From positions 17,348-81,347 of the forward strand of contig JBCCYL010000004.1 in NCBI GenBank assembly GCA_039189765.1: 64,000 nucleotides of DNA. Direction: 5' to 3'. The notes beneath the pieces are model-generated. The model saw only the letters and a program-made list of their open reading frames with translations, searched no databases and was not told where the DNA came from. Below, piece after piece: positions 39,149 to 50,077 of the stretch. Numbering within the stretch: the stretch's first letter is position 1; every line of letters begins with the position of its first letter. Both the position numbers and the translations under genes were made by a program. The DNA is from Cyanobacteria bacterium P01_F01_bin.150 (GTDB taxonomy: Bacteria; Cyanobacteriota; Cyanobacteriia; CAKZMO01).

Positions 39149-39871
39149 GTGTCCTTTCGTGCAATCGCCTTTCCTGATCTGTCTAAAGCAACTGCCACCA
39201 ATACATCTGCTACCAATGCATCTGACCGCCTTCAGCTAGTGTTACTCCATGGGTGGGGGGCAAACGCCCAAGATGTGGCGGCAATGGCTCCCTATCTCCT
39301 GAAAGAAGTAGATTCCTCTCGGCTGCAAATGCTGTTTCCAGACGGGACCTATCCCCATATGGTTCAAGGGAGCATGGGGATGCCAGGGGGCCGTATGTGG
39401 TACGACCTCCCGGCTGACTACACCTTTGGATCCTCGATTGATGCATCTCAAGATAAAGCGCCACCAGAAGACTTACTAAAAAGCCGCAATCTATTGCTAG
39501 AGTGGCTGCAAAGCCTTGAGAGCCAAACCGGTATTCCCCTATCTCGTACGATCCTTGCCGGGTTTTCCCAAGGGGGAGCCATGACCTTAGATGTTGGTAC
39601 GCGGTTACCTTTGGCAGGGTTAATGGTTCTAAGCGGCTATCTTCATGAAAATTTAAGCAATCGTCCATCCTCCCTGCCTCCCATACTGATGGTTCATGGT
39701 CGTCAGGATCCAGTTGTGCCAGTCACTGCGGCTCATCAATCTCGGGATCGGCTTATTCAGCTACAAGCAGCGCTTGAGTATCATGAACTAGATATGGGAC
39801 ATGACATTCCGTTAACAGTTCTCGAACTTATGCAAACTTTTGTAGGCCGTATCCTTGTTTCCTTGGGATAG
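39149..39871 (+). CDS. Alpha/beta-hydrolase, phospholipase/carboxylesterase family
   Basis: LVLLHGWGAN, nucleophile elbow GFSQGG, catalytic D and H near C-terminus. Confidence 0.75.
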   Translation: MSFRAIAFPDLSKATATNTSATNASDRLQLVLLHGWGANAQDVAAMAPYLLKEVDSSRLQMLFPDGTYPHMVQGSMGMPGGRMWYDLPADYTFGSSIDASQDKAPPEDLLKSRNLLLEWLQSLESQTGIPLSRTILAGFSQGGAMTLDVGTRLPLAGLMVLSGYLHENLSNRPSSLPPILMVHGRQDPVVPVTAAHQSRDRLIQLQAALEYHELDMGHDIPLTVLELMQTFVGRILVSLG

Positions 39872-40038
39872 ATAGAAAGGAAATGTTCTAATAGATGTAG
39901 GACATCAGTGGCATCAGTAATAACAACGAGGCTATCATATGCCTAGTAGCATTTTTTACTTCATCTTGTGGAGTATTTAATTCTTGACATAAGCGTTATT
40001 CGACCTGAATACACCCTGAGCGGAAATGGGAGGCTGAT

Positions 40039-40251
40039 ATGACGACACTGACATTTTCTAACAAAGATGTAGCAACAGTAACTGAGAACGACATCGCCGA
40101 TCTGGCGAAGCGCCTGGAACAGGATGATTATGCGAATCCGTTTGATGGGCTTAGTGATTGGCACTTTCTTCGGGCGATCGCATTTCAACGGCCAGATATG
40201 GTTGAACCTTATATCTATTTGCTTGAAATGGAAAACTATGATGAGTCTTAA
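40039..40251 (+). CDS. Small hypothetical protein
   Basis: 70-aa ORF, acidic; weak. Confidence 0.25.
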   Translation: MTTLTFSNKDVATVTENDIADLAKRLEQDDYANPFDGLSDWHFLRAIAFQRPDMVEPYIYLLEMENYDES

Positions 40252-40371
40252 TGCACTCTCTGGCTACTGTTGAAAAATTATATTCGCTGTGATGGATAGC
40301 GATCGCGTAACTCATTTTACGAACTAGAGTCGTCGTAGAATATGAGATGCTCTAATCGGGTTAGATAACTC

Positions 40372-41625
40372 ATGGTTCTAGGCGACTCTGTTCACGGCAA
40401 GCACATCCTCATTGGCATTAGCGGCGGTGTAGCCGCGTATAAGGTCTGTGAAGTGGTTTCCACCCTGGCAAAGGCCGGTGCAGACGTTCAGGTTATTGTT
40501 ACAAATGAAGCCCAGCGGTTTGTTTCTCCTCTAACCTTTGCTGCCTTGTCTCGTCACCCTGTCTATACCGATCAGGACTTTTGGTCTGCCCAACACCCTC
40601 GTCCCCTTCATATTTCCTTGGGAGAGTGGGCCGATGTTTTTCTTCTCGCTCCCCTCACGGCCCATTCCTTGGCTCAGCTTGCCTATGGACTAGCAGACAA
40701 CTTAATGATGAATACGGTGTTGGCTTCCACTTGTCCGTTGCTACTGGCTCCGGCAATGAATACGGATATGTGGCAGCAAGAGACAGTACAACATAATTGG
40801 CAACAGGTCCAATCCCTGCGGCGTTGTCACACAGTGGGACCAAGACAGGGGCGTTTGGCATGCGATCGCGTTGGGACGGGTCGGATGGCTGAACCGTCTC
40901 AACTTATTACCCATCTCCAATCGCTACTGCAAACCCACGGAAACTCTGATTTGATCGGACAGACAATCTTGGTTAGCGGTGGTAGTACCCGTGAACATCT
41001 GGACACGGTAAGATTTATCGGCAATCCTTCCACTGGAAAAATGGGTATCGCCCTCGCGCTAGCAGCTCATCATCGGGGAGCTGAAGTGATTTTTGTTCAT
41101 GGCCCAATCGATAAAGCACTATTGGCTGATTTATCAGGCTTAGAAAAGTTACGTTCCATCTCTGTCCTTAGCGCCTCAGAAATGCATAAAGCCATGCTCC
41201 AGGAATTTTCGGATGCGAGCTGGACACTTATGGCAGCGGCTGTTGCGGATGTAAAACCGACTGATTATCATCCTAAAAAACTGCCGAAAGCTAAACTTCC
41301 TGATGCTATTGCGTTGAGTCTAGTTCCCGATATTATTGCGGACCTGGGGAAACAAAAGCAGCCCCATCAAAAGCTGGTGGGATTTGCCGCCCAAACCGAT
41401 GATATCGTTCCGCCTGCTCGGAGCAAGTTAACGCGGAAAAAATTAGATGCAATTGTTGCTAATCCCATTGATCATGCTGGCAGCGGTTTTGGTAGCGATC
41501 AAAACCAAGGTGTTTTTCTGGATTGCCACGATCGACAGCGGCCTATTCCCCTCTGTACAAAGCTAGAGTTAGCTCATTATCTGCTCGATTTTATTAAAGA
41601 AATGGACGCAACTGTTAATGATTAA
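40372..41625 (+). CDS. coaBC: Bifunctional phosphopantothenoylcysteine decarboxylase / phosphopantothenate-cysteine ligase
   Basis: N-terminal flavoprotein domain ILIGISGGVAAYK and C-terminal CoaB ligase domain. Confidence 0.9.
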   Translation: MVLGDSVHGKHILIGISGGVAAYKVCEVVSTLAKAGADVQVIVTNEAQRFVSPLTFAALSRHPVYTDQDFWSAQHPRPLHISLGEWADVFLLAPLTAHSLAQLAYGLADNLMMNTVLASTCPLLLAPAMNTDMWQQETVQHNWQQVQSLRRCHTVGPRQGRLACDRVGTGRMAEPSQLITHLQSLLQTHGNSDLIGQTILVSGGSTREHLDTVRFIGNPSTGKMGIALALAAHHRGAEVIFVHGPIDKALLADLSGLEKLRSISVLSASEMHKAMLQEFSDASWTLMAAAVADVKPTDYHPKKLPKAKLPDAIALSLVPDIIADLGKQKQPHQKLVGFAAQTDDIVPPARSKLTRKKLDAIVANPIDHAGSGFGSDQNQGVFLDCHDRQRPIPLCTKLELAHYLLDFIKEMDATVND

Positions 41626-41636
41626 GAGTGTAATGA

Positions 41637-42002
41637 TTAATGGTGTTTCGTCTTAAATATAGCCGCTTCTAAAAGCTCTGACCGCCAGAGATTTGCCCGA
41701 CACAGTTCTACACAATACTGATTGATCAAAGCTTGCTGTTGGTGGTTTCTCAGATGGCCAAAGGTGTCGTAGTAGGCGATCGCATTGGCAATATCAGAAG
41801 AATCGCGTGGATTAATACCATGCTTTTCTAAGTGTAAGCGGTATAGTTTTTTCAACTGATATAGAGCAAGGCTCTTAACTAAGACCTTGGCTTCAGACTC
41901 TGATAGCCCTAACGCCATTACCGTACGCCACTCTAAGCAGCTTAACCCATCACAGAATGGAAAATTAGATGATGGTATCGGACCTTCAGAAGCAGAGTAC
42001 AT
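41637..42002 (-). CDS. Hypothetical protein
   Basis: 121-aa ORF; no motif recognised. Confidence 0.35.
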   Translation of the reverse strand: MYSASEGPIPSSNFPFCDGLSCLEWRTVMALGLSESEAKVLVKSLALYQLKKLYRLHLEKHGINPRDSSDIANAIAYYDTFGHLRNHQQQALINQYCVELCRANLWRSELLEAAIFKTKHH

Positions 42003-42205
42003 ATCTAGAAAATGGGTAAGGCAACCCTGACCCTATATTGTGCCCATATACAAACCAGCCTTTGATGTTGATTCAAGCAATATTAGACCTATTGCGGAAA
42101 AAACGACTTGATACAGCCATTGTTATACCAGCTAAGAGATTGTTTTCCCCGCGTACGGGGAAAAACAGAATTCATGGCTTAACCAGGAGTGTCTATGGTT
42201 GGGCG

Positions 42206-42976
42206 TTAGCTCTGGATGTATGAGTTCATCGCCGACTGGACGGAAGACAGGGCCTCCGTCAATTGACGAACCGCAGCCGCCATGGCAACTTGGCTATTGA
42301 GTTTGTTAATCGCAGAACCCACTCCTATACCGGATGCGCCAGACGCGATCGCCATCGGAGCAGTCACGCTGGACAGTCCAGACGCGCAGAGAACAGGGAC
42401 ATCTACTACCCGTGAGATTTCATACGCTGCCGCCAACGTTGGTGCAGCTTTTTCAATCAACCCCAACGTCCCTCCATGGCTAGGTTTGCTACTAGTACCG
42501 CCCTCTGTTTGAATAATGTCAGCTCCAGCCTGTACCAACTGCTCTGCCAAATGGGCCTGCTGATCCAGCTCTAAAATATGAGGAACAGTGACAGAAAGAG
42601 TAACCTGAGGAAGAAGTCTACGTGTTCTCTGAGTTAACTCTAGAACCTCCGCTGCCTCAAAGCGACGCCCTTGAGCATAAAAAACGTCAAAGTTTCCAAT
42701 TTCAATCAAGTCAGCTCCTGCTTGTACCGAAGCAACAAATGCTTCAGGGTCTACCGCAGAGACGCAAATCGGCAATTCAGTTAAAGGACGTACCGCGCGA
42801 ACCAGCTCGGCAGAAGCCGCAATATCCACGAACGTTGCCCCCCCTTGGTCTGCGGCTTTAACAACCGCGATTACATGGTCAACGTCAAAATTGCTTAGAC
42901 CACTGATAATTTTCAAGGCACGCTTCTGAGAAAACGCGGTCTGGAGCGTTGAAGGAATAGTCATAGATTTTCTCAC
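42206..42976 (-). CDS. Ycf23 / DUF561 TIM-barrel protein
   Basis: ALKIISGLSNFD motif typical of Ycf23. Confidence 0.55.
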   Translation of the reverse strand: MRKSMTIPSTLQTAFSQKRALKIISGLSNFDVDHVIAVVKAADQGGATFVDIAASAELVRAVRPLTELPICVSAVDPEAFVASVQAGADLIEIGNFDVFYAQGRRFEAAEVLELTQRTRRLLPQVTLSVTVPHILELDQQAHLAEQLVQAGADIIQTEGGTSSKPSHGGTLGLIEKAAPTLAAAYEISRVVDVPVLCASGLSSVTAPMAIASGASGIGVGSAINKLNSQVAMAAAVRQLTEALSSVQSAMNSYIQS

Positions 42977-43525
42977 ATGAAAAAGTAACGTTATGCATCA
43001 TTGGGGCTCAACGTCATGTACGAAGCGTCCCCGCTTGCCGTCAATCTAAGCGGAACCATACGTCATGAGCAGAGTATGAGTAAAAATACCGCAATCCCCA
43101 AAATGCCTAGCAGTGAAGAGTTTAAGTTGTCTTGGCCATTCTGCCATGAAGCAGAACGCAATGACCATGATTGTAAGGAATATCTGCTTTGAACGGAAAA
43201 TATCACGGACTATTACGACAATCTAGGCACCACATACCTCACCCCTTACAATATCAGCGCAACCAACAGGATGCCGTCTTGACAATAATCTTAAGACTTA
43301 CCAAAGTTGTCAATTTGCATTAGGAGCGGAGTTTCCAAATCTCCGCGCTTTGTAATTTCATCAAATCTTTACTTTGATTAAGATTTAAACTAAATTGTTC
43401 CTCCATGATAGATTCCTTAGGATTTGTGAGTAATTAAAGATGATTGTTGAATAGTTAATCGCCTATTGTTGTCACCATTTGTTATGTCGAACACTAGATT
43501 ATTTTGTTAAGAACTGTTCTTTGAA

Positions 43526-43600
43526 GGGTTTCGTTTTAAGGCGAAACAAAAATGACGGTGGTGTGAGCGCAACGCGCCCACACGATTTGTTTAGAGTTTA
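43526..43600. repeat. Dispersed composite palindromic repeat copy (ggtttcgttttaaggcgaaac + ggtggtgtgagcgcaacgcgcccacac)
   Basis: near-identical to copy at 57617..57695. Confidence 0.6.
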
Positions 43601-43746
43601 TCCCCTCATTGAAATAGGAAGATCGAAATTTAATGTCTCTTTCACCCTGTTTACATGATCAGGGTTCCCTACGTTCACCTTTGATTTTGATAAAGTTCGT
43701 TTAATACCGAAAAGGGTTAGTAGCAGTGTAGAGTGTTGTGTTTCCA

Positions 43747-43784
43747 CTCTTTACGTCGATAGCTATTGTTATCGACGTAAAGAG
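43747..43784. repeat. Perfect 15-bp hairpin ctctttacgtcgata-gctattgt-tatcgacgtaaagag
   Basis: seen in sequence, 260 bp upstream of 44042 gene. Confidence 0.7.
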
Positions 43785-44041
43785 CAATCAGCTTTTGCTG
43801 TAAATGTGGCCGTGAAAAATAGGGTAAAGCGAGGGAGCTTAAGCAAATCTGCCTTGTTTTCAGATGATAAAGGCTAATATTGTCTCATTTTTATAAAATT
43901 TGTGTGAGAAATATTTCCGGACTTTGTAACGTTCTAAATGATGCTGGGTACTCTATGTTCTGGGTCATTGGCTCTCCCTATTCTTTCAATGTTGGGATTA
44001 CCCATTTATATTTATCCATTTGGTAACTACGAGGTAAGTTC

Positions 44042-46873
44042 ATGCGATCGCCACTTTTGATAAAACTCATGCTAATGCCATTAGGGATATTGCCCGTTCT
44101 TCTGTTAGGCACGGGAGTCGCTAATGCATTGCCTGCGCTAGAAACATCTACGGTCGTTCCTCCAGCAGAAAATCAGGGACAAGCATCAACTCTCTCATCA
44201 GATGCTGTGCATCCATCGGGCAATCATGTGGCACAGTCAGATGGTTCGGGCGCTGCGGACTCGGTGGTAGAAGAGCATGAGGTGACTGATGCCCATGGCC
44301 CTGAGTTTGCAGATGCTCACGCAACAGCGGCGGACCTGCGGATTGAGCCTCGGTTTAATGTCGGGCACACGACCAGTGGTGGTTGGATGAATGGGTTAAG
44401 CCGCATTAGTGGCTGGATTCCTTTGCGACAGCAGGTGGGAGAAGATGTAACGTTTATTGAGCCTCGTATAGTCCTAGATAATGAAGGCCACTGGGGCGGG
44501 AATTTCCTTCTCGGTCATCGGGAATATGATGAAGATGGCAATCGCCTCTGGGCTGGCTATGCCTCAATTGACATCCGGGAAGCGGAAGAAGGGACCTGTG
44601 ATCAGCTTGGGCTGGGCATGGAAACCCTCGGTGATAAATGGGACGTTCACCTCAACGGCTACATACCGATTGGCTCTTGCCGTCGGAATTTGGAGGAAAG
44701 CTTTTTCACCACCGGAGACGGCATTAGCTCGTCAGCGACTTTTGAAGGTAACCAGTTAATTCTTTCAGAAACTCAGGGGTCCATTCGTTCTTTTACCGAC
44801 CAAATTGCGGTCGGTGGTTTCGATTTAGGGACCACCGTTGAACTCGCGGAGTGGGATGATGGCGATGGTGATTTACGGGCACTCGCCGGAATTTATCATT
44901 TGGGGGCCGAAGGCATTGATGACGCCTTTGGTTGGAGGCTTGGCTTAGAAGCCCGCCCCACTGAACAAATTGTCCTGGGCGTGGTTTACCAGGAAGATGA
45001 GATGTTTGGCACTAACGTGATGGCGTCCATCACTTTTAGTTTCCCCCGTGTTCGTCCTAAGGGTGATGTTTTGGATGAATTTGAAGAAGATTATGAAGTG
45101 GTAGAGCGATTGGGAGAACCCATCCGTCGAAACCACACTATTGTTATGAACACCATCAGCGGTCAAGAGTCCGATCTGACCGTGGTTAGCGAACCGCTAT
45201 TTAATCCTCAAAATGGTACGGATGAGAATCCCAGTGCCTACCGCTTCATTCACGTTGATTTAGGCGCAGCCAGCAATGGCGATGGGACAGCGGAAAGCCC
45301 CTACAACAATATTGATGACGCCTTGGCCAATGCGAGCCGTAACTCGGGAACCGCGAACGGGAATCCAGAAACGGCTGAAAACCAAATCGTTTATGTTGAT
45401 GCAAGCAGCAACACCGACATAGACGCGTTTGAAATTCCAGCAGGGGTCCGCGTATTATCTCAAGCACCCACCCAACTGCTAAACGGAAGTAATGATTCTT
45501 TCTCGACCTTCCCTGTTGTGGAAGGTCGCTTACCTTTCTCTCCAGAAAATAATTTCAATACGGGAACAGATATAGAAACAGGCATTGTTGTCACTCTTCC
45601 AGGATCTGGAGATGGTGATTTTCCCATTTTGGATTCAGGGGCCGATGATCTGATTGTGATGAATAGCAATACCGTATTGTCCGGTTTCATCATTAACAAT
45701 GCTGCCAGCGATGCTATTTTTGCTGATGGAGCTGAAAATATAGAAATTCGCGATTCCTTTATCAACAATGTAGGTGAGCGAGGAATTTCGCTCAATAATG
45801 TGGTCGGCAGCGTGATTCTGTTTGACAACAGTCTGACGAACATTGGCGATGAAGGGATTGCCATCTTCAATGACACCCCCCCCAGCACAGTAGAGGTGAC
45901 AGCCCGTCGCCAAACCATTGATAATGCTCGAGTTGGTATTGCTCTGGGGACGAGCGGAGGATCAGCTATAACTGGAAATTCCACTCAAATTGTTGATATT
46001 GAAGACAGCGAAATTACCAATAGTATCGAGCAAGGATTGCTGATGACGACCAGCGAGGTGGGGAATCAGGAAGTCAACTTTAGGGCAGTGGATGGTCAGG
46101 CGACGATTACCGGTAGTGGCCAAGAAGGTATCCGAATTGAAGCAATTACTTCAGGTTCACAAGAAGTCACCATTGAAGGGGCCACGATTGCGAACAACGG
46201 TAGTGACGGCACCCACGCCGGTATTGAGGTCATTGGGGGCATTCTCGACGACATCGAAACTGATAATAATACCGCCGCTCAAGAAGTGTTTATCTTTGAC
46301 AGTGCGATTGCCAATAATACGGGAGCGGGTATTAGCATCGAAGGAAATGGTGAAGCCGCTCAGGAATTTGGCATTAGTCGTAATACTATTACTAACAACT
46401 TAGGCGGGGGCATTGTCTCTACAACTAACAACTCGGTATTCCAAGAGTTTGTGAGGGATGATGATAATTTAACAAATGGTATATTCAGTAACACGATTAC
46501 GGGGAATACTGGGCAAGGTATTGATTTGAATGCGAATGACTCCAGTACATTACTAGCCGATATTTCCGCAAATACACTTTCGAATACGGCCACTACAGAT
46601 GGAAATCCAGAGCTGGACTTTACTGCCAATAGCAATTCAGTTGACGCCTGTGCCTTTATCTTCCAAAACAATGCTGGGTCAAGCTCCATTGTGCTTGATA
46701 GCAACAGTAGTGGAAACGTCAGTGCATTTTTTGAAGTGGTGGACTTGAATGATGCGTTAGGGGTTCTAAGTAGTAATACCACTCTCTCTGGTACAGTAAC
46801 CCTATTACCGGACAGTTCAGCCTTTGCTGATAATGTAGGAGCAACAGATAGTTGCTTCACCGATGAAGATTAA
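44042..46873 (+). CDS. Large secreted protein with right-handed parallel beta-helix repeats
   Basis: signal peptide; repeated NxxGxGIxL-type beta-helix coils (GFIINNAASDAIFADGAENIEIRDSFINNVGERGISLNN). Confidence 0.6.
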   Translation: MRSPLLIKLMLMPLGILPVLLLGTGVANALPALETSTVVPPAENQGQASTLSSDAVHPSGNHVAQSDGSGAADSVVEEHEVTDAHGPEFADAHATAADLRIEPRFNVGHTTSGGWMNGLSRISGWIPLRQQVGEDVTFIEPRIVLDNEGHWGGNFLLGHREYDEDGNRLWAGYASIDIREAEEGTCDQLGLGMETLGDKWDVHLNGYIPIGSCRRNLEESFFTTGDGISSSATFEGNQLILSETQGSIRSFTDQIAVGGFDLGTTVELAEWDDGDGDLRALAGIYHLGAEGIDDAFGWRLGLEARPTEQIVLGVVYQEDEMFGTNVMASITFSFPRVRPKGDVLDEFEEDYEVVERLGEPIRRNHTIVMNTISGQESDLTVVSEPLFNPQNGTDENPSAYRFIHVDLGAASNGDGTAESPYNNIDDALANASRNSGTANGNPETAENQIVYVDASSNTDIDAFEIPAGVRVLSQAPTQLLNGSNDSFSTFPVVEGRLPFSPENNFNTGTDIETGIVVTLPGSGDGDFPILDSGADDLIVMNSNTVLSGFIINNAASDAIFADGAENIEIRDSFINNVGERGISLNNVVGSVILFDNSLTNIGDEGIAIFNDTPPSTVEVTARRQTIDNARVGIALGTSGGSAITGNSTQIVDIEDSEITNSIEQGLLMTTSEVGNQEVNFRAVDGQATITGSGQEGIRIEAITSGSQEVTIEGATIANNGSDGTHAGIEVIGGILDDIETDNNTAAQEVFIFDSAIANNTGAGISIEGNGEAAQEFGISRNTITNNLGGGIVSTTNNSVFQEFVRDDDNLTNGIFSNTITGNTGQGIDLNANDSSTLLADISANTLSNTATTDGNPELDFTANSNSVDACAFIFQNNAGSSSIVLDSNSSGNVSAFFEVVDLNDALGVLSSNTTLSGTVTLLPDSSAFADNVGATDSCFTDED

Positions 46874-47228
46874 TGATCACTAAATCATTTAAAACCTTCA
46901 ATAAGGGATAGCCTGAATTATTCACCAGGATTCAGGAAATAGGATAGGCAAAGGACGCTAGGACATGCCCATCGCGTATATTGAAAAGATGGGCACACGT
47001 TATTTTGTCCATTCTACGCAATCTAATACAAGTTTTGTGCGGTGTACAGCGTATGCCGCACATTTTTTAGTGTTTCGTATGGTTCGGTTTTCTCATCCTG
47101 TTTTTTAACTTGTCTGACTTCTAAACTGAAACTATATACTCCTCCGCGTTGCGCGGGGGATACACCTCCAAATACTAGCCGTTGGCAATATAGATTATAT
47201 TTTAGGCTCATCAACAAGGAGTAACCGC

Positions 47229-49409
47229 ATGGGAGGATCAACCCGACAATCAGGGGAACAGCTAGCGCGGTGGCAGTGGGCTGTCTTAGCGTTGCCAATT
47301 GTGAGTATTGTCGGCTTTGTTATGGTTGCGGCAGGAGTGCAGATTCATGCTTGGGGTATAAGCTGGATTTGGGCCATTATGACCCTTATTTTTGTGGGAT
47401 GGCGATGGCTGGCGGTGAAGTGGACTCAACCCTTGCTTCAACAACTCAGCGGTGCAATTGTTGATCTACAGACTGAGCTAGATACGACATTGGCAGATCG
47501 CTCAGAGCTAGAGTTAGATGCCGAGATTATCAAACAGGCTGACATCGCTATTAGAAAAATTTTGGACAATTCCCAAGATGATGGACCGATTTGGGAAGAT
47601 TGGCCGACTTTCTGGCAACGGTGTCAGGAAGTGGTGAGTGCGATCGCCCATCTCTATCACCCTGACGTCAAATATCCTCTGCTCAATATCCATATTCCCC
47701 AAGCCTATGGCTTAATCCGAGGCACGGTGGATGATATGGACCTATGGATGCAAAAATTATCCCCGATTTTAAATCAGGTATCTGTGGGACAAGCCTATCG
47801 CGCTTATGAGGTGTACCGGAAAATAGAACCATCGGCTCGTAAACTAGGTAAAGTATGGAGCTGGGCACGATGGCTCTGGAATCCGGCAGCGGCAGCGGCC
47901 CAGACGATGAGCCAGCCTTACAATAATCAGGCAACCCAGCAACTATTGGTGAATTTGAGCCAGTCCCTGCGAGAGGTCGCCTTGCATACGTTAGGCCAGC
48001 AGGCGATCGCTCTCTACAGTGGCAAATCCCCCAATCCTCCAGGGACGTTGAATTTATCCAACAACGTCCCTGAAACTCTCCGTCCTTTGAACGACATATC
48101 CAATGAACCGCTAATCGCTACCCCATCTACAGGTTCATCTACAGGTTCATATACAGGTTCATCTAAAAGTTCATCATCTTCTACATCGGTTCAAACTGTC
48201 CCCTCTAAGTCGGTTCGTCAAGTAACTTCTTCTCAAACGTCTAACACTCCTAGCCCGTCAATCGTAAAGCCGCTGCCCCATACCCAAACCATCCAGACCA
48301 TCTTAGACCAGGCCAATCCAGCGGAGCAGGTCAACCAAGACCCGGTAAAAGTTTTGCTGGTGGGGCGAACAGGGGCAGGAAAAAGTAGTGTGATCAACAC
48401 GCTGTTTCAGGCGGAGACCGCCACTGTTGATGTATTGCCCAGTACCGACCAAATCCATGCTTATCAATGGCCTTCTGAGCATAACGCAGCAAGCTTACAG
48501 CCCTCTGAAGAGGCCCAATTAATTCTTTGGGATAGCCCAGGATATGAACAAACGGATCAGACTGCATTCCGAGAACAGGTTCTGAACCAGGCCCAAGCAG
48601 CAGATGTGATCATCCTGGTTACTCCTGTAATGGACCCTGCCTTGCAGATGGATGTGGATTTTTTGACGGACCTTAAACGAGAGGCTCCAGATTTACCCGT
48701 TTTTGTAGTAGTGACTCAAATCGATCGAGTGCGTCCAGTGCGGGAGTGGAATCCTCCCTATGACTGGCAACAGGGAACGAGGGCAAAGGAGCAGACAATT
48801 CGTGATGCGATCGCCTATCGCCAGAGCATTCTTGACGCTGTTTGTGATCAGGTTTTGCCCCTTGTCACGCTGGAAGTAGGATTGGATGGACATATTAAAC
48901 GACTACCATGGAACGACGAAATTCTTGTAGAAAGAGTGATAAACGCGATCGCTCCCGCTAAACAGCTACGCCTTGCTCGGTTTCTTAAAAATCAAGAATT
49001 ACAAGCCCATGCTGCTGCTAAGATTATCCACAGTTATACTATTCAGATGACGACAGCCCAAGGAATTGCGTCGTTTTTAAAGAGTCCAGTTCTGAAATTT
49101 ATGTCTACCCTGACGACCGGGTCTCCAGACTTAGCCTATCTTTTAGAAGAGCAGATTCCAGTGGAGCAACTTCCCCTTGTTACTGGCAAACTCCAAATGG
49201 CCTACGATTTACACAATGCCTTGAGCACTGAGGCAGATGCAGCATTTAACTTGTTGTCGCTGTGGCCACTGCTGCTGGATTGTGCAGGAAGTCCTCGCGA
49301 AAATGCAGCGCTGTTTGGCCATGTGTTAGTAGAACACTTTATTCAACAGACATCAACGGAAACACTGCATCATCGATTTTATAAGCAGATTGACCAGCTA
49401 TCCAACTAA
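47229..49409 (+). CDS. Membrane-anchored GTP-binding protein
   Basis: N-terminal TMs; G1 GRTGAGKSS, G3 DSPG, G4 TQID; internal STGS repeat. Confidence 0.6.
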   Translation: MGGSTRQSGEQLARWQWAVLALPIVSIVGFVMVAAGVQIHAWGISWIWAIMTLIFVGWRWLAVKWTQPLLQQLSGAIVDLQTELDTTLADRSELELDAEIIKQADIAIRKILDNSQDDGPIWEDWPTFWQRCQEVVSAIAHLYHPDVKYPLLNIHIPQAYGLIRGTVDDMDLWMQKLSPILNQVSVGQAYRAYEVYRKIEPSARKLGKVWSWARWLWNPAAAAAQTMSQPYNNQATQQLLVNLSQSLREVALHTLGQQAIALYSGKSPNPPGTLNLSNNVPETLRPLNDISNEPLIATPSTGSSTGSYTGSSKSSSSSTSVQTVPSKSVRQVTSSQTSNTPSPSIVKPLPHTQTIQTILDQANPAEQVNQDPVKVLLVGRTGAGKSSVINTLFQAETATVDVLPSTDQIHAYQWPSEHNAASLQPSEEAQLILWDSPGYEQTDQTAFREQVLNQAQAADVIILVTPVMDPALQMDVDFLTDLKREAPDLPVFVVVTQIDRVRPVREWNPPYDWQQGTRAKEQTIRDAIAYRQSILDAVCDQVLPLVTLEVGLDGHIKRLPWNDEILVERVINAIAPAKQLRLARFLKNQELQAHAAAKIIHSYTIQMTTAQGIASFLKSPVLKFMSTLTTGSPDLAYLLEEQIPVEQLPLVTGKLQMAYDLHNALSTEADAAFNLLSLWPLLLDCAGSPRENAALFGHVLVEHFIQQTSTETLHHRFYKQIDQLSN
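48128..48175. repeat. 12-nt tandem repeat acaggttcatct x3-4 inside GTPase gene
   Basis: seen in sequence. Confidence 0.75.
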
Positions 49410-49411
49410 AG

Positions 49412-49891
49412 TTAATATCCATCTTGCAAGGCTGGTAAAAGAATAGAGGTGCAGTGGGCATTGATAATGTGCTGGAGCGCTGCTTCAACGGTTTTAAATA
49501 CTGGGATTAAGTGCATTTCCGCCATGGCCTGAACATAAAATCGGCCTCGATTCAAATCACGGCATTCAGCATCAGAAATAATACTTCCCTCTATCTCATG
49601 CCCTTTTTCCACATCGCTTAAGACGAGCACTAGAGGCCGTTTCTCTGATATGCAGTACGCTGCCTCTGCTAAACTTGCCACACCACGAGTTTGGCCATTA
49701 ATTACAAACAAGAGAATACTGGCCTCTTCCTTAGCCTGTTGTTCGATATACTCGCATTCTTCTGTCCACTCCCCCACGCCTAGCTGAGGGTTAAAGTACG
49801 ATAGTCCTGCTGCCTCTAAAGCTGGGATAGCGATATCCTGACGCCAGGTCGTTGTTCCACAAGCTCCACCTAGAAAAACGTTTGACTTCAT
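49412..49891 (-). CDS. Nucleoside 2-deoxyribosyltransferase-like (Rossmann-like) protein
   Basis: N-terminal VFLGGACGTTTW; weak family-level resemblance only. Confidence 0.4.
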   Translation of the reverse strand: MKSNVFLGGACGTTTWRQDIAIPALEAAGLSYFNPQLGVGEWTEECEYIEQQAKEEASILLFVINGQTRGVASLAEAAYCISEKRPLVLVLSDVEKGHEIEGSIISDAECRDLNRGRFYVQAMAEMHLIPVFKTVEAALQHIINAHCTSILLPALQDGY

Positions 49892-50077
49892 AATGCTATT
49901 TTCTGATGCTAAGTTAGCAGTGACTACTTACATATGGTTACGAACAAACATCCGTTCAATAACAGCGCGATCGCCTATTTCCAGAATCTCATCGTTTTAT
50001 GCATCCGCATATTTGCCCAACGCTCCTTAATATTTTACGACCATATACTGGCTTAATTCGTTCCCCAGTAACTTTAT

